The notes below the pieces were generated by a model. It ran no database searches, was not told the origin of the DNA, and was given only the letters and a program-made list of their open reading frames with translations. A stretch of DNA of 64,000 nucleotides, taken from NCBI GenBank assembly GCA_040285855.1, contig JAUFOQ010000016.1, positions 1,550,001 through 1,614,000 of the forward strand, given 5' to 3'. Positions 39,601-54,432 of this stretch are shown here, piece after piece (position 1 is the first letter of the stretch; each line of letters starts with the position of its first letter). Both the position numbers and the translations under genes were made by a program. The stretch is from Eukaryota sp. GEM-RC1 (lineage: Eukaryota).

Positions 39601-42600
39601 CCATTGCAACTGGGGAACACGTATTGGAGTTGACTACGCTGAATTTGTTTTTAGAAGTGGTAAATAACTCCTTTATTGACGGAAATTCCTTCTTCTTCCT
39701 CATTCGAAATCCTGCTGGTGTTATACGTGTCGAAACTCTTTTCTCTCTCAAACAATGTACAATTCAAGATTATGGTACTTTTTATGTTTCCAGATAAGGC
39801 CTTTATCACTGAAGAAGTTGACTTAACTGTCAGAGGCACATATGTTGTTTTTGAAGACTTTATGAATCCCGATGTTACATTTGACTCTCTTTCTATTGAG
39901 AATACTGGAGTTGTTTCCTTAATAACTAATTACACCATTAATCTAAGATTCTTACGTTTAGTTGGTGGTTATAGAGGAGGAACCGATCTTCTCTATGTTC
40001 GAGAACGTCTTATTTGGAACCAAGGAGGTTTCATCGATCCTTCTCTGACTATTGCTGAACGGGTTGTAGCATTGATAGCTGGGACTTAAAGGAAGTATTG
40101 GATTATGCAAGCGTTATCTTTGAGGATGACGTTCACTGGATTCGTGACTCAGAAATCAGAGGTGGTAGAAATGCCAGTCTGATATTTAATAAGGATCTTA
40201 AAGTCTATGAAGGTGGTCTTTTTACTCTCAGTCCTTCATCCTTCCCTCCTTTTGCTTCGTATGTTCATCAGACTCCAGGTGATCTTCCTGTTGTGTATGT
40301 CAATCATGGCATGACACTTGTTGGATCTGGAGAATCCTTTGAATTCAGTTGGGAACTTCAAAATAGAGGAAATATCACTGTGCCTCCAGGATTTGAATTA
40401 ATGCTTTATAAAGGTGGTTATGATTCAGTTGCCTCTAGGTTGTTGTCTGAACCCACCTCATATGTTCTGTACGGCGCTCCCTTCCCTTATCATTACAATC
40501 CTGATACTTGGTGTTATTATAACCAGTCCATTATTAGGCTCTTCGACCACGCCAGATCTGAGTATGCTGGGTTTGTTTGCTTTAACAAAGCTGAGATTGG
40601 ACCCTTTGGAACTATTGTTATTCTTAAGAATGCTACTATTTGTACTTATTCTTCTCTTTCAGTCGAAGGAACTGAACTTATTATTGAAGGAAGCGCTACG
40701 TTCTGTGATTTGACTCTTGCTACTGACTTCGTTGTAAATCCTGGACAATCCCTCTTCATTTCTTGTTCTCTTACCTGGCTCTCTGGTACTTTGAGCGGGG
40801 AAGGTTCTCTTGTAATTCTACCAGAAGCCTATCTCTATATCCATCCTAAGGACAGTGATGACGATGAGTTCTATCACATTATTGCTGACGATACTCGGAT
40901 CATTAATCAGGGAGTTGGAACAATCAATGCTAATGTCACTGGTGGTATTGGAGCAGAGTTCATTAATCATGGACACGTGGAGTTGAAGTTTGGTCATTGG
41001 CTAAATGATCCTCTTGTTAATTCTTCGTCAGCCATTAGTACCTTCATTAACTTCAACAGAACTGTCATTACTTACAATGAACCATTACTTTTTGATTGGA
41101 ATATTTCCCAAATCGCTGGGGAGTTTGTGATTGCCAAAGGTGAGATCTTCTTTTCAGAGTATTCTACTTTCAGTGGTGCTTTTGAAACTCTTCCAAATAC
41201 CATTGTTCATGTAGAGAAAGATTTTACTTTTAGCGGTGCTGATTTGTATTTGAAGTCTCCTCTTTTATTCCCAAAAGCTCACAGTACTATTTCCTTTTTA
41301 CAAAGTTCTAATGTTAATTGGGTTGATATCGACTTCACATTTGATGTAATTAATGGAACTCTTGTATTTGATTCTGGAACGAATATCACCCAATCACCTA
41401 ATGAATTCAAACTTAAATCTGGATTAATTGATATTTTCTCAGTAGATTCTTCATTTTCTATTAACAATCTTGTTCAATCAGGTGGTATTATTCACGTGGA
41501 CTCATTGACTACTGGTTCATTTATATCAAACTTGAAACTTCACAGCGGAAAGATTATTTCTAATTCTCCATGGACAATTGCCGCTTCTCAATTAATCGGA
41601 GGTATCTTTACTGGATCTGATGTACTTACTCTTGCTAGTTCCACTATTACTGCTACCTCTACTGTCAACTGTGATGCCTCAATTAAGTCTCTTTCGACCA
41701 CCTTTGTTTCTGGACTAGTTTCTGGTACTGATTCCTGTGTGATTGATTCATACTCTCTTGTAGTTGATACTTCGTCTCAAGTCACTCTTGAAGGTTGTTC
41801 AAGCACTTTTATTAACAATGGCACTCTACTTGTTGAGAATGGACAATTGATCTTTCGAATGGATCTCGTCAATCGTGGATCTATCCATGTCCAAAGTTCC
41901 TTAAGGTTTGTTATGTGTCAGTTCTCTATCGATAAGACAATATCTACCTCCTCCGATGGTTCCATCGTCATTGATTCTCCTACCACTTTCACTTCTGATT
42001 CTCTCATCACTGGAAATGGTACCCTTACTTTTGCTGAGGATTCTGTGGTTAATGGAGTTGTCGATTTTGATGGTTGTGTCATCATCAATGATGGAGTAGA
42101 TGTTGTATTCTCCGAAGCTACTATTATTAAAATGAACCTTTGTTCCGTAAAAGGAACTCTTTCACTGAGTGATTCTTCTATTTCTTTACTTAATGTTGTT
42201 TTAGATGGTGGAAGTATTGTCTTGGATGATGCAACCACTGGTTCAGTTGTCATTGTTGAAACTATTTCTTCAGGTGAACTCCAGTTTAAGAATTCTGTCA
42301 TTGATTTATTAGATGTCCAAGATCTTCAAGGGGGAACTATTCACTTTGATGAATTGTCCAATGTTCATGTTAATAATTTCACTCAAACTGGAGGCTCTAC
42401 AGTTGTAGTTGGTCAATTCGTTTACTTCAACTCATCTAATGTTTTTGTTACTGGTGGTTCTTTTACTTCTGTGTCTGGATTCAACCCAATTAACATCATT
42501 TCTGGAGACGTCGATTTTCATCAATTTGCTAAGACATCCACAGAAGTCGATAGTATCACTTTGGAATCTGGTCGCTTTGTGTCCACTACTGATTATGCCC

Positions 42601-45600
42601 TAAATATTGAAAACCTTCTCTGGAATGATGGGGTATTTGGTGGAAAATTGGTGGAAGTTGATACAGCTGTGTGGAATGGAGGTGAATTAAATACTTCTTC
42701 CATGATTTATGTGGATGATATTTTACTTACGAGCTTGGCTGACAAGATTTTTAATGAAGCTGCTAGGATTCAGATCAATAAGACTGGTACCTGGAATATG
42801 GGATCAGTTTTTGGTAACTCAGAATCTAGAGTTGACCTTCCCTCTCAGTCTAAGTTAGTTCTTGCTGGAACTGAAGGCTGGTACGTTGAAGATGGAGCCT
42901 ATCCTAAATCAGCTATCTACACTCAAGGGGATTTGATCTTTTCAACTCCAGAATCCATTGATATGGAATGGGATATCTTTGGTAAACGAATTGATGTTAA
43001 TCAAGGTGATGTTGTCTTTTCTGACAACTTAGTTCTAATCGAAGAAGTCTATCTCAACACTTCAACTACTTCTTATCTATCTGCAAAGATGAATGTCTCT
43101 GAATATATTGGGGGATGTGGTGATATCGTCATCAATGATCCCAATTCAGTGGTTGCTTTCAATGGCAAAGTTGACCTATGTGGAACTCTCTACATGAAGG
43201 ATGGTCTCTTGGATTTACGTTTGTCTGATATCCAGAACATTACAATTGACTATACTGGAGGAACTATTCTGTTCAGGGAAGACATTGAAGGTCAGGACAT
43301 CAATTTGCCTCAAGTACAAACTCCATTAGATATTACTCAAACTAAAGCCAAACTGGTGAACATTGGAATTTGTAATTCAACTATTAATGTATTGACATCT
43401 AATATTTCTAAATTTGTTGTTTCCGAAATGCACAAGAATTGCAAGATTAATTTCCTTCCTGATTCTATTGTTGGAGAACTCATTATTAAAGATTTGTACG
43501 ACGGGGAGTTGAATATCAAAGACGGGTCGGATATCAAAATTGATCAAATCACTCAACACGATGGTGCAGTCACTGTTGAAGAAGGAAGTTCTCCTTCCTT
43601 TAATGATGCTGTTATTGTTATTAATGATGGAAAATTCATTCTTGAGGAAGGTTCCGATGCCAAGTTCATTGATGTTGTCACTGAGATGACTGGTGGAGAT
43701 TTAATTATTGAAGAAGGAGGAATCCAGAATTGTCCTCATTGGGAATGTTTGAAACTTTCTGGAGATTCATCTGTTCACATTCAAGACGATAGTTGCATAT
43801 CCTTTATAGATGACTTTTTCATGGAAAATGAGTCTAAAATCAAATCTGATGGACTTATCCATACTGATAACTATGTGTTTAATGGAGGAAATATTGCTCC
43901 CGATACTGTCATCCATGTCATTGATGAGTTCATCAGTGAAACCAATGAACCAAAGTCAATAGACTCCAACTCAGTTCTTTTCATCAACAATACTGGTTCT
44001 ATTTCTTTAGATTCTGGGTCTAATGTCGACTTCACCTTCAATAATTCCCAAATTGTAGTAGATCATTCTGCTTCTTTAAACATTTCTTCAACAAATGGCA
44101 ATACTGTTACTTTCAAGAAAACGTGTTCTCCTTGTGACAAAACTTCAGGGTTCATCAATGAAGGAATCATCCGTGTTGATTCCAATGAAAAGATTGTGTT
44201 TGAATCTGATCTTTATTCTTCCAATGAACTGGTATTCGATCGTGGAGATGTTCATCTTAAAGGCGACTCTCTTTTAGATGGTTTGGTTAAAGTCAACGAT
44301 CACACAACTGTTACTGTTGACGGAACTCTTTTACAACCAGACTCTGGAACTCTCTTAATTAATCCTGATGGCTCAAATAGCAAGGTTGTTTTTGTAGGAA
44401 CATCTAACGAACTACAAGGAGATGTTCACTGTTCTCCAGATGATGTTTGCATTGAAGTCTCCTCTGGTCACTTGTCTCTTTCTCCTTCTCTTAATTCTTC
44501 CTATCTCAATGTTGAAGTAACTGATGACGGTGTTTTATCTCATGAGGGTTATATCAATCAATTGGTTTGTGACGTCGTTGAAGGTTCTCTTGATTTTGAA
44601 CAGGGTTCAGTAATTGATCATATTCAGAAATGTACTATCAAAGGATCCGTCACTCATAAAGGCGGTTCAACAACTCACAAAATATCAAATATCAATATTG
44701 ATTCTGGTAACTATACTCTTCTTGCTAACAGTGAAGTCTTCGCTGCTGACTCACACTTTAATATTGAAAACTCTGGTTCTATGCTTGTTACTACCGGAAC
44801 TAAATTAGATCTTCAAGACGCTGTTTTCGACCTTGAATCTGGACAGGTTTTATTCCAAGTTGATAGTACTTCGACAATTCCTACATTCAGTGACGTTACA
44901 ATTACTGGGGGAGAGTTTCAGATTAACTTGAATGAAGATGTTCCCATTTCTGACTTAACGCTAGATGGCAAAACTGCTTCCAGAACTGGTTCTTCTCGAA
45001 TTGATGTTACCAATGAATTTATGTTTACCAATGGCGCATTGTCTGGTCCTGGAACCACTTTTTCGCACAATAATGCTGTTATTAATTCAGGTTCTGAACA
45101 ACATATCTCTAATAACCATTCTCTTATTATTGATAATCAAGCAGCGTTCACTCGTTGTAATGTTTTAGGATACGACAATGGATTGATCCATGTTTTAGAA
45201 AATACTGAAGTTACTATTTCTGGCCAGTGTCATATTCTACGTAAGGCCGATGACACATCGTCATTGAGAATTCTGAATGAAGGAATTCTTAATGTTGATC
45301 ACAATGATGTTATCTTTGGCTGGTTCTTTGATAATCAGCACAACCTTGTTATTACTGATGACGGTCGCTTAACTCTGTCTGGAACTGCCACTAATAACCA
45401 TTCATTCTCTACTTCTGGAATCCTTCATGTAACTTCTGAAGTTACTTCAACTGACATTGCTACTTTATATGGTTCAGGCGAAATTCTACTTGATGATTCT
45501 GATTCTCTACTGAATGTTTTCGGCCATTATAACGTTTCAGGAAAGTTGACTGTCAATGACGAATCAGCTACTGCTGATTTCAAGGATCAGTCTCACTCTG

Positions 45601-48600
45601 ACGTTGTTAACGTTGACGCCAAAAACGGTTTTGTTAAATTTGTTGACTCTTCATTGATTGATCGTCTCCACGGTTCAGTGTCTGGCGGTAATCTCCAGAT
45701 CCTTGACTCTTCCACAGTGTCACTTGTTGATTACTTAACTCTCAATGGAGGTCTAATTGAATCTTCCACTACGGACTTTGCTTCTTTTGAAAAGTCTGTA
45801 TTAACTGTTAATAGTGGTGTATTCCTTGCAACCTCTCATTCAAATTCAATCTTCAGTGATACCATTGCTGTTGTCAATGGTGGTGAGTTCCAGTTACATG
45901 ATGTTGACCAATACATTCCCCACTTTGAGCACGTCACACTTAATGGAGGACTTTTTAATATTTCTATTGATAACGAACAGACTAAAGCCGTGGTTTTTGA
46001 TGATCTTCTGTTAGATGGCGGTAAGAGAACGGGAGACCGCACGTTAAATGTTTCCAATTCCTTTGAATGGAAATCTGGTACCCTTGATTCTGACTCAGTA
46101 ACACACTCTCTTGTGAATACTTTTATCAGTGATGACAAACAGAAGCTCTTGACCAATTCTCACACTCTGTCTCTCTTCAATTACACCGTGTTCTCAGCGG
46201 GAACTCTCATTGCTGATGAAAATACATTGATCTACCACAATTCTGATTCATTGTTTTTGATTGATGGTAAAGGTGTAATAGAAACTACGGCAACTTCATC
46301 TCTTCCTGTTCTTTTTAATTCTGAATCATCCGTCATTCAAAAAGTAGGATGTGATGTATTTGAGTTGTATATTGTCCTTCAGAATGAAGGTACGGTTCTC
46401 TTATCAGATGCAACTTCTTGCTCTCCCACGAATGTTCTCAAAGTTGGAACTAATTCATGGTCTTCTGGATCTATTATCTTGAAGGATAATTCTGACATTT
46501 CTTTCACTGGAACATTTTCTGTTAATGAATCTTCATTGGTATCAGGGTCTTCCGAGAGTTACTTCACTCTTTCTGAATCGTCTTCATTTGTAATAATCTC
46601 TGGTGTGTTCAATCATTCTGGTGATACCTTTATTTCGGACACAGTCGATGGTTCTCGTCTGGAGATCACTGATTTAGCTGTTATCAATGAAATGAATCTT
46701 GCTATTGTAGGTGATGGTAATGTTGAATTCCTAGAAGACTCTTTTGTACCTCTTGTGTCGATTTCTCGTATGGAAGACGGTCACGTTAACTTCCACAATC
46801 AATCAACAGTGCTACATCTTAAATCAGTTAACATGGAAGGTGGAATTGTTGATGTTCTTCATGGTTCATTTATTTCCTTATCCCAATCCGACGTTCATCT
46901 TGAAGGAGGTCAGTTGACTCTCCACTCTGGTGCTATTTCAGGTGTTACAAACTCTACATTCACCCTTCTTGGAGGTACTGTTCACATCCAGGATAACTCT
47001 CTTGCCACTGATCCAATCTTTGCTTCTGCTTTGATTCGTGATGGAGAACTTCGATTGGACTCCCAAGAGCCAATGTACGTTGCTACTCTAACTGTTGAAG
47101 GCGGCAAGCGTTCTGGAACTGGTATTCTTGAAGTAACTGATCAACTTATTTGGAGCGGTGGACAATTTGTTGAAGAAGGTATCACTAGAAATATGAGACT
47201 TATGAATGTCGACGGTGTTTCCGTCATGACCATTGACCTCGGACACGTTCTTGAAAACTATGGTAATGTTTCCTTGCTTGCTGGTACTTTGCTTGCTGGC
47301 AGTAACACGGCTATCATCAACCAACCTGGTTCTCTCTTTACAATTGGAGGTCAAGGACAATTGAATTCAACTGCTTCTGGAGATGAACTTCCCATCTTTA
47401 AGAATCTCGGAACATTCATTAAAGGTTCTACCAATGAGACTTTTGAGTTTTTGCTGGCTCTCCAGAATTATGATTATGTTTTAGTTGAAAATGGAACCTT
47501 ATCTGTTGGAACTGACTCTTATTCAGATGGAATTATTCAAATTAATGATGGTTGTACTTTTGAACTAACTGGTAAATTCGAATTTTTGAATTCTTCTCTT
47601 GTCCGTAACTCTCCTGGAACTATTCATGTATCTATGCCAGAATCTGACATCACCATTGACGGTGTTTTTGATCATTCTGGTGTTCTGAAAGTTGATGGAG
47701 GAGTTGTTACTTTTGTTCATCAGTTATCTGTTGAAACTGCTTCAATTGTACAATCTGATGGTATTATTCATCTCAACGGGTTAGTTGATGCTCTTTCATT
47801 TACTTCTTCTGGTGGTTTGGTCAATTTGTTACACAATTTAACCGTCCTTGATTTCTATCACCTTTCTGTTTCTGATACTGGAGAAGTCGTGGTACATCCT
47901 CATTCCAATGTCTCCTTTACTCCTTCTTCTTGGAGTATTGCTGGAGGATCTGTCTTCTTTGACGGTAACGCCTTGTTAGCTTTGAGTAATGTATCTGCCA
48001 CAATCACTGGAGGTCATGTATTGTTTGACGAAATCAACTCAACTCCTACTCATCACTTCAGGGAACTAATCATTTGTGGTGGAGTATTTGAGCTCAATCA
48101 CAATCACTCTTTGACTGTTGATCTCTTCCATCTCTGTGGTGGAACTAGAAGTGGAACAGGAAACATTGATGTTGTTACTCAATTTATTTGGTCTGAAGGT
48201 GTCCTCACTGACCCTGGTTCTACCACTCTCTTTGCTCCTTCTATCTTCCGTGATGACTCTCCAAAGTCTCTGGTTAATGGTCACAGCTTAATTAATCACG
48301 ATAACCTTGAGATTATTGATACTTCTCTTATGCTTGTTAATGGTTCTCAACTACTTAATAATGCTTCTGGTGTGATTTTGTTTACCAATCACAGTTCTCT
48401 TGTAGGTGAGATTAATTCATTGTCAGATCCCTCAGTAATTAACAAGGGAACTATTATTGTTGCAGAAGCTTCTACTGGTGTAATTTCTTCTGATTTCTTC
48501 AACTATAACTACATTGCAGTAACCGATTCCTCTAGTCTTGATCTTGGTGGTATCTCCTCTTTCTCTCATGGTTTGATCAATGTTTCTGGTGATTCAGTCA

Positions 48601-51600
48601 TTAAAGTCCACGGATCTTTCAACTTCCACGATAAAGGAGCAGTAGAAGGTTCAGGAAGTCTTGTTGTCTACTCTAAAACAGGCAACGTCACTCTTCAAAC
48701 TGATCTTTCTCCTTTCACTTCTCTTTCTGTCCTTGATGAAGGTCTGTTAGTCCTCTCTGGCTCTTCCAAGTGTGAGTTCAATGATGGTGACGTCACTGTT
48801 TCTAATGCTACATTAGTCGTTGAACAATGTAACCTTGAAGACGTTTTGATCTCTACTGCCAATCAAGGAATTGCTGTCTTGAATGGATCCTCTAAACTAG
48901 TCAATATGGACTTAAACATTGATAGCGGCTCCCTTTCTGTCTTTGACCCAGTTACAGTCACTCTCAATGATTCATCGTGGGTTATAGGTCCAGAGGATGG
49001 TACTGTAGTCTTTCACCCAGATTCTCTTTTGACTGGCTCCCTTGCTTCTCTACAGTTACTTAATGATTCTTTGTTGGTACTTTCTAACAATGTTACTTCT
49101 GACTTTATCGTGAATACTTTGGAGTTTGATGGGGGTCACTTATCCTATCTGGATTTGACTACCTCTCTTCCTATCAGAACTTTGACTTCTACTAGTGGAT
49201 TGATGTCTGGTGTTGGTGAAATTGTTGTGACTGACGATATTCTTGTCACAAACTTGAATGTTTCAGATTTATCTTCTGTTGTCTTCAACTCGTCTTCTAC
49301 TTGTAACCTACTCAGTGGTACCTTGTCCCTTGTTAACACTTCAGTCCATTTCAATTGTCAAGGAGTTGTTTCATCAATGACTTTGGACTCTGTAGACTCT
49401 TCTATTACTGAGGGTTCTGATCTTCTTTCGTTCTCAAACTCCACTATCATTGGAGATGACGTTTCCAGTCTTCTCTTTAATCAGAACACTGTATTCTCTG
49501 GATCAAATGATGTTTCAATCAGTACCAATTTTAATGGATATTCTACAATTTCCCTGAATCAATACTCAACCTTTGGGCTTCCTCCGCTGTCAGTCCTTCA
49601 TCAGCTGTTCTTGTCAATGGCAGCGTCCTCACTCATGAATCAGCTTCAACTAGAATTGATGGAACTGTTGATTGTTCCTCTTCTCCTTGTTTGGTCAATT
49701 ATGGACAGTTGGTGATGTCACCCACATCAATCAATCAAAATGTTTCGATTTTGTCAAAGAATGGAACAACTTATCTTTCCCGTAATGCTTCCTTTGTAAG
49801 CTCCACCCGTGTTTCTTCAACGGGGGGAAGTGTTTTCATCAACTCTACTGTTCCTGACCTTCATTTGATCTCTATTAGCGGGGGAAATATATCTATTGCA
49901 TCATCAATCAAACAACTTTCCGTTTCAAAAGCTACTGGTGGAGATGTTGTTTTTACTTCTGATTCCACAGTTCATTCCATCCCTGATGTATTTGAACTTT
50001 CTGATACTATTTCAGTCGCTTTTGAGTCCAATTCCTTCCTAAATCCTTCTGGTTTGAAGCTCAACATCAATGGAGGAAGTCTTTTCATTAGTGACAACGT
50101 GACTGTTGATTGTGATGTGTCATCAAAGTGTTATGTCGCTGTTTCCAATGGTTCATTTGTCTCCAAAACTCATCTCATTTTACACGATGTTTCTGTTTCT
50201 GGTGGTGTCTTTGAAAGTAATTCTACTGTTGACAATCTCTCCCTACAAGGTGGATCTCTTGTCAATTCCATTATTGAATCAAATCAACTTCTTTCTTGTG
50301 GTGAGACTGTCATTGATCAAGCTCATCTTTTGATTACTAACTCATCCCTTGTACAATGCGAATCTCTAATCAATCTTCATTCTTCTTCTATTGTGTTCTC
50401 CTTGGATGATCGTCTTTATGCTCCTCATTTACTGACTGTAATTGACCGCAACAATTCCTTAGTTACCTTTACTTATCCCTTAATTGTCCATGAAGCTGAC
50501 CAACTTAACTTCGCTAGTCCAACTCATCTTAATGGATTAACTAATTATGGTAATCTGACTATTACTCATCCAAAGATGATGTCATCTGATGTCGAATTGA
50601 TTTCTTCTCTCTTTAAGTTTGAGGAACTCACTGTTCCATTTGGCCAATCTCTCATTTCAAGTGGTGAATCTTCTACAGTGGGTCATTTAACAAATGAAGG
50701 AACAATCCATGTACGTGATCATCTCAATCACTCAGGGTCAATCATTCTGACCCCTTCTTCAAACTTCACGTTGAGTCTCTACCACTCCAATGATGTTTAC
50801 GTTCATGATTCCGTTACATCTGACTACAGTCACTACAATGGTACCTTTTACCTCGACTTCTTCCCTTCCCATCCAATTAATCCAGCTACAAAGTTCCACT
50901 TCTTCTCACATGGTCTTCATGACTATAAGTTTGCTCTCATCACTGGAAATTGCCTCTTTAACTTTGGATTTAATTATACTGATAATCACATGTTTGCTCA
51001 AGTCGGAGCTAAAATCGATCCTGAACATTCCTTTGAGTTCTATGTTTCTCCATTTGGTTTTGATTCTGTTTGTTGTGGTACTGCGACAGCCCCTTGTAAG
51101 TCTGTTCCAATGGTCTTGTCAAGGACTTTACCAGGGGACAAAATTACTCTTTTACCAGGAACTTATGAAGACTACACCCCAGTTAATTTGGATAATTCTC
51201 AGCTTGGATTCATTGAAGGCAATGATGCTCGCTTTGTTTGTACCCATTCTGAACCTGGAATGAAGATTTCAAGTGAAAAGAATCTTCATGTAAGTAATCT
51301 TCGGTTTGAGAATTGTCTTACAGCCATTCAATCAGTTTCAAGTTCTCTTGTTGTAACTAATCTTGATGTCGTCTCTGATGCACAATCCTCTTCTCAAGGA
51401 AGAATCTTTGATTTATCCGTAAGTAAAGTTGAATTAAAGGATTCCAAGTACTCTCAACTTGAGGGACCTTTGTTTACAGTAATGTCTTCATCTCATTTGG
51501 GTTTCACCAATCTCACAGTCTCTTCTTGTTCATCTGTCATCTTCTACTCACGTTTCTCTACTGTTCATGGTGATCATCTACTTGTATCTGAATCTAATTC

Positions 51601-54366
51601 AGCGTTATTCAACTCCATGGCTTCTTCTCTATCTGTTAGTGATGCTTCTGTTGTATCATGTGAGTCTTGTACCTTCTTTAAGTCAACAAATGACGATATT
51701 TCCTTTGTAAACTTCACTGTTTCTGATTCAAAGTTTGATCAATTATTGTTGGCAATTCATTCAAAACTTTCATTTTCTGACTTGAAAATGACTGAGAATC
51801 TTGCTGGAGATCTTATTTTCTCTCTCTTCAAATCAATTCTTGTTCTTAGTCATTCCAATCTCTCTCCTTCATCTCCTCTTCTTTTCGCGGATGATTCCAA
51901 TTTAATGTTAGAGGACTGTGTGTTTTCTGACTATTATCTTGAATCTCCATTAATGTCTTTAGCTCACGCTCGTAATTCAATTTCTAAACCTTTAATGTAC
52001 ATTGAGAAATCTCGTCTGTCAATGTCCTCTTCTGTTTTTACTTCATTTGGAACTTCTGTTCTAGATTCTCGTACTTTCTCTACAGTTTCTGTTCTTGACT
52101 CTGAATTCAAGAATATCCATAATTCTGCAATTTCATGTAGTGATTCTACTCTTGTATCTCTCTCTAATGTGTCTTTCTTCAATTCTCATAGCACTAATGG
52201 TGGTGCTCTCTTTGTCGGTTCTCGATCTCAAGTACACATCATCAATTCCTTGTTCTCTTCCTGCTCTGCCATTAATGGTGGAGCTGTTTACTGGATGCTT
52301 CCAGTGACTTGTTCATCCTCAATTCTACCTTCATTGGTAATGCAGCTACTGACTTTGGTGGTGCTCTGTACGCTGAAAGTCCTGTTAATTCTTCAGTAGT
52401 CCAGCTTTCCAGATTTACTGACAATAATGCTGAAATTGGTGCAGCTGCCTTTTCTAATTCTATGGAGCCAATTAAATTAGTTTCAGTCTTTTCCCATGGT
52501 AATCGAGCCTCTGCCTATGGTAATAACTTCGCTTCTCTTCCTACCAGAGTTTCTGCCACCACTGAAGGTAGACGTGTTGCTCTTTCCTTCCTTGATGCCT
52601 ATGATAACGTGATTTCTGACCGCAAAACGTCATCCTTGCTCCTGTTTCCTCTCAATTTGCTCTCTCCGCACCATCAAAGAATGGAGGCTCTGATTCCTTT
52701 ATGGTCTCAATTAGAGGTAAACCTGGAACTCATCAAATAGTGGCGGTATCTCCAGGTCTTTCTTCTGCTCATTTCCTTTTAACTGGTGGTGACTGTGAAG
52801 AAGGTCAAGGCCTTAATGGTCAAGGATGTTTCGATTGCCCTCCTGGAACTAAGTCTGTTGACTTTGAGTGTGTTCCTTGTCCTATTGGTGAGTGGTCTTG
52901 GTCTTCTCGTTCTACTCAATGTTCTCCTTGCATGCCTGGTACTAAGAGAAACCTCAATGATACTGGCTGTGTTTCTTGTAGATTGAAGGAAATAGCTCCT
53001 GATATTGGTAGTACTGAGTGTAGTTCTTGTCCTACACGATTCTCAGGTAATGATGACCTAACTGAATGTGTTTGTGATGGTAACTTGTACTTTGTTGATG
53101 GAGAATGTATTGAGTGTCCTACTGGTCTCTTGTGTGAAGCCTACAACAGATTCTGCGTGTTACCAGGGTTTTATCAAGCAAACGACGGTTCAGTTTTCCC
53201 TTGTAAGAAGTCTGGTTGTCTAGGTAATTGTACCAAACCTTCTGATTGTAGTGAAGGTTTTACAGGTCCCTTGTGTACTCATTGTGAGGAAGGTTTCTAC
53301 TCTCAAGGAAATCTTTGTTCTGAATGCCCTAGTTCAATTGTCATTTTTGGAGTTATAGCTGCCCAAGTTGTTGTCTATGCTTCTCTAGTTCCTTTATTGA
53401 GATTGGAAAAGAAGAGAAAGTTTGAATCTCTTCAGTTTTATCTACCTCTCATTCGATTTATCCAAGTTTTATGTGGTATCCGTACAATTACCGCTATCCC
53501 ACTTCCATCAGCTGTTCACTCAGTTCTAGATGTCTTGGATCTCGTTGTTCTCCGTCCTTGGGGAGCTCCCATCACTGCTTGTGCTGGACTTCCTTCAGGA
53601 TTCTACTCTTTGTACTGGTCCTCTGCTGTACTTCTTCCTGGTATCTTGGGTCTTGGCTTCTTACTCAGCCAGATTGAAGTTTCTTCAGTGATGTACCAGA
53701 TCTTCTTTGCAGTTCCTGCTTTCAATGTCTTGTCAGTCTTTAGTTGTAGAAGTATTGAAAGCGCTACTTCATCATTCTCCCCCTTCTACAATGATCTTGA
53801 CTGTGGTTCTGGTCTTTGGTTGATGAAGTTCATTTTAGCTGTTTGTTTCCTTCTGTTGTTTGTCATTGTCAATTTCCTGTTAGTTTTCACCAACAAGAAG
53901 AACCCATTCACAGTTTCTATCACCTCAAAGTTTTACATTGATGAAGTCTTAGCTCAACTTCATTTGATTCTTATTTTGGGGGGATTGTTTACTCTGGAAT
54001 CCGTTGGTGCAATGACTCAAAGTGTTGCTGGATTCCTTATCTGTATGGTTGCGTTTGCTGTCAACTCTAAGCGCCATCCAATGTCAACTCCCAGGGCACA
54101 TTCATTACAGTCTACCTATTTCATTACTGAAGCAGTTCTCTTTATGTTAGTGTTTGTGCGAACTGTTGATGTCGTCAACGCTGCTGATTTCTTTATCAAC
54201 TCTTGTCTGGTTGTAATTGGCCTTGTAATTTTAGTTTCTATTGTTATGTGTCTCTGTTCATTTGTATTTGGGTCAGTGGAACGAATTAAGTTCAGAAAGA
54301 ACAACTTTATGACCAATCTTCTTCAAAAATCCCATTGTAAACCTAAGTGCCAATTATCATTCATAG
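33663..54366 (+). pseudogene. 5'-truncated second copy of the giant membrane protein gene, lacking the first ~2,440 codons including the signal peptide; more than 10 frame breaks
   Basis: Fragmented ORFs match copy 1. There is a 34-bp deletion at about 35667, a 4-bp deletion at about 36279, and many 1-bp indels, mostly in homopolymers. The TAG homologous to the copy 1 stop is at 54364-54366. Confidence 0.8.
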
Positions 54367-54432
54367 TTTTTCTTGTATAGAATAAATTTGTTTTTCATAA
54401 TATTTAGCAAATTTTACGTATTCTCTGACTTA

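Noticed and set aside
3447..54316. Dozens of 60-160-aa alternative-frame and antisense ORFs inside the giant genes
   Set aside because: These are shadows of the T-ending codon bias of the main frame and carry no independent motifs.
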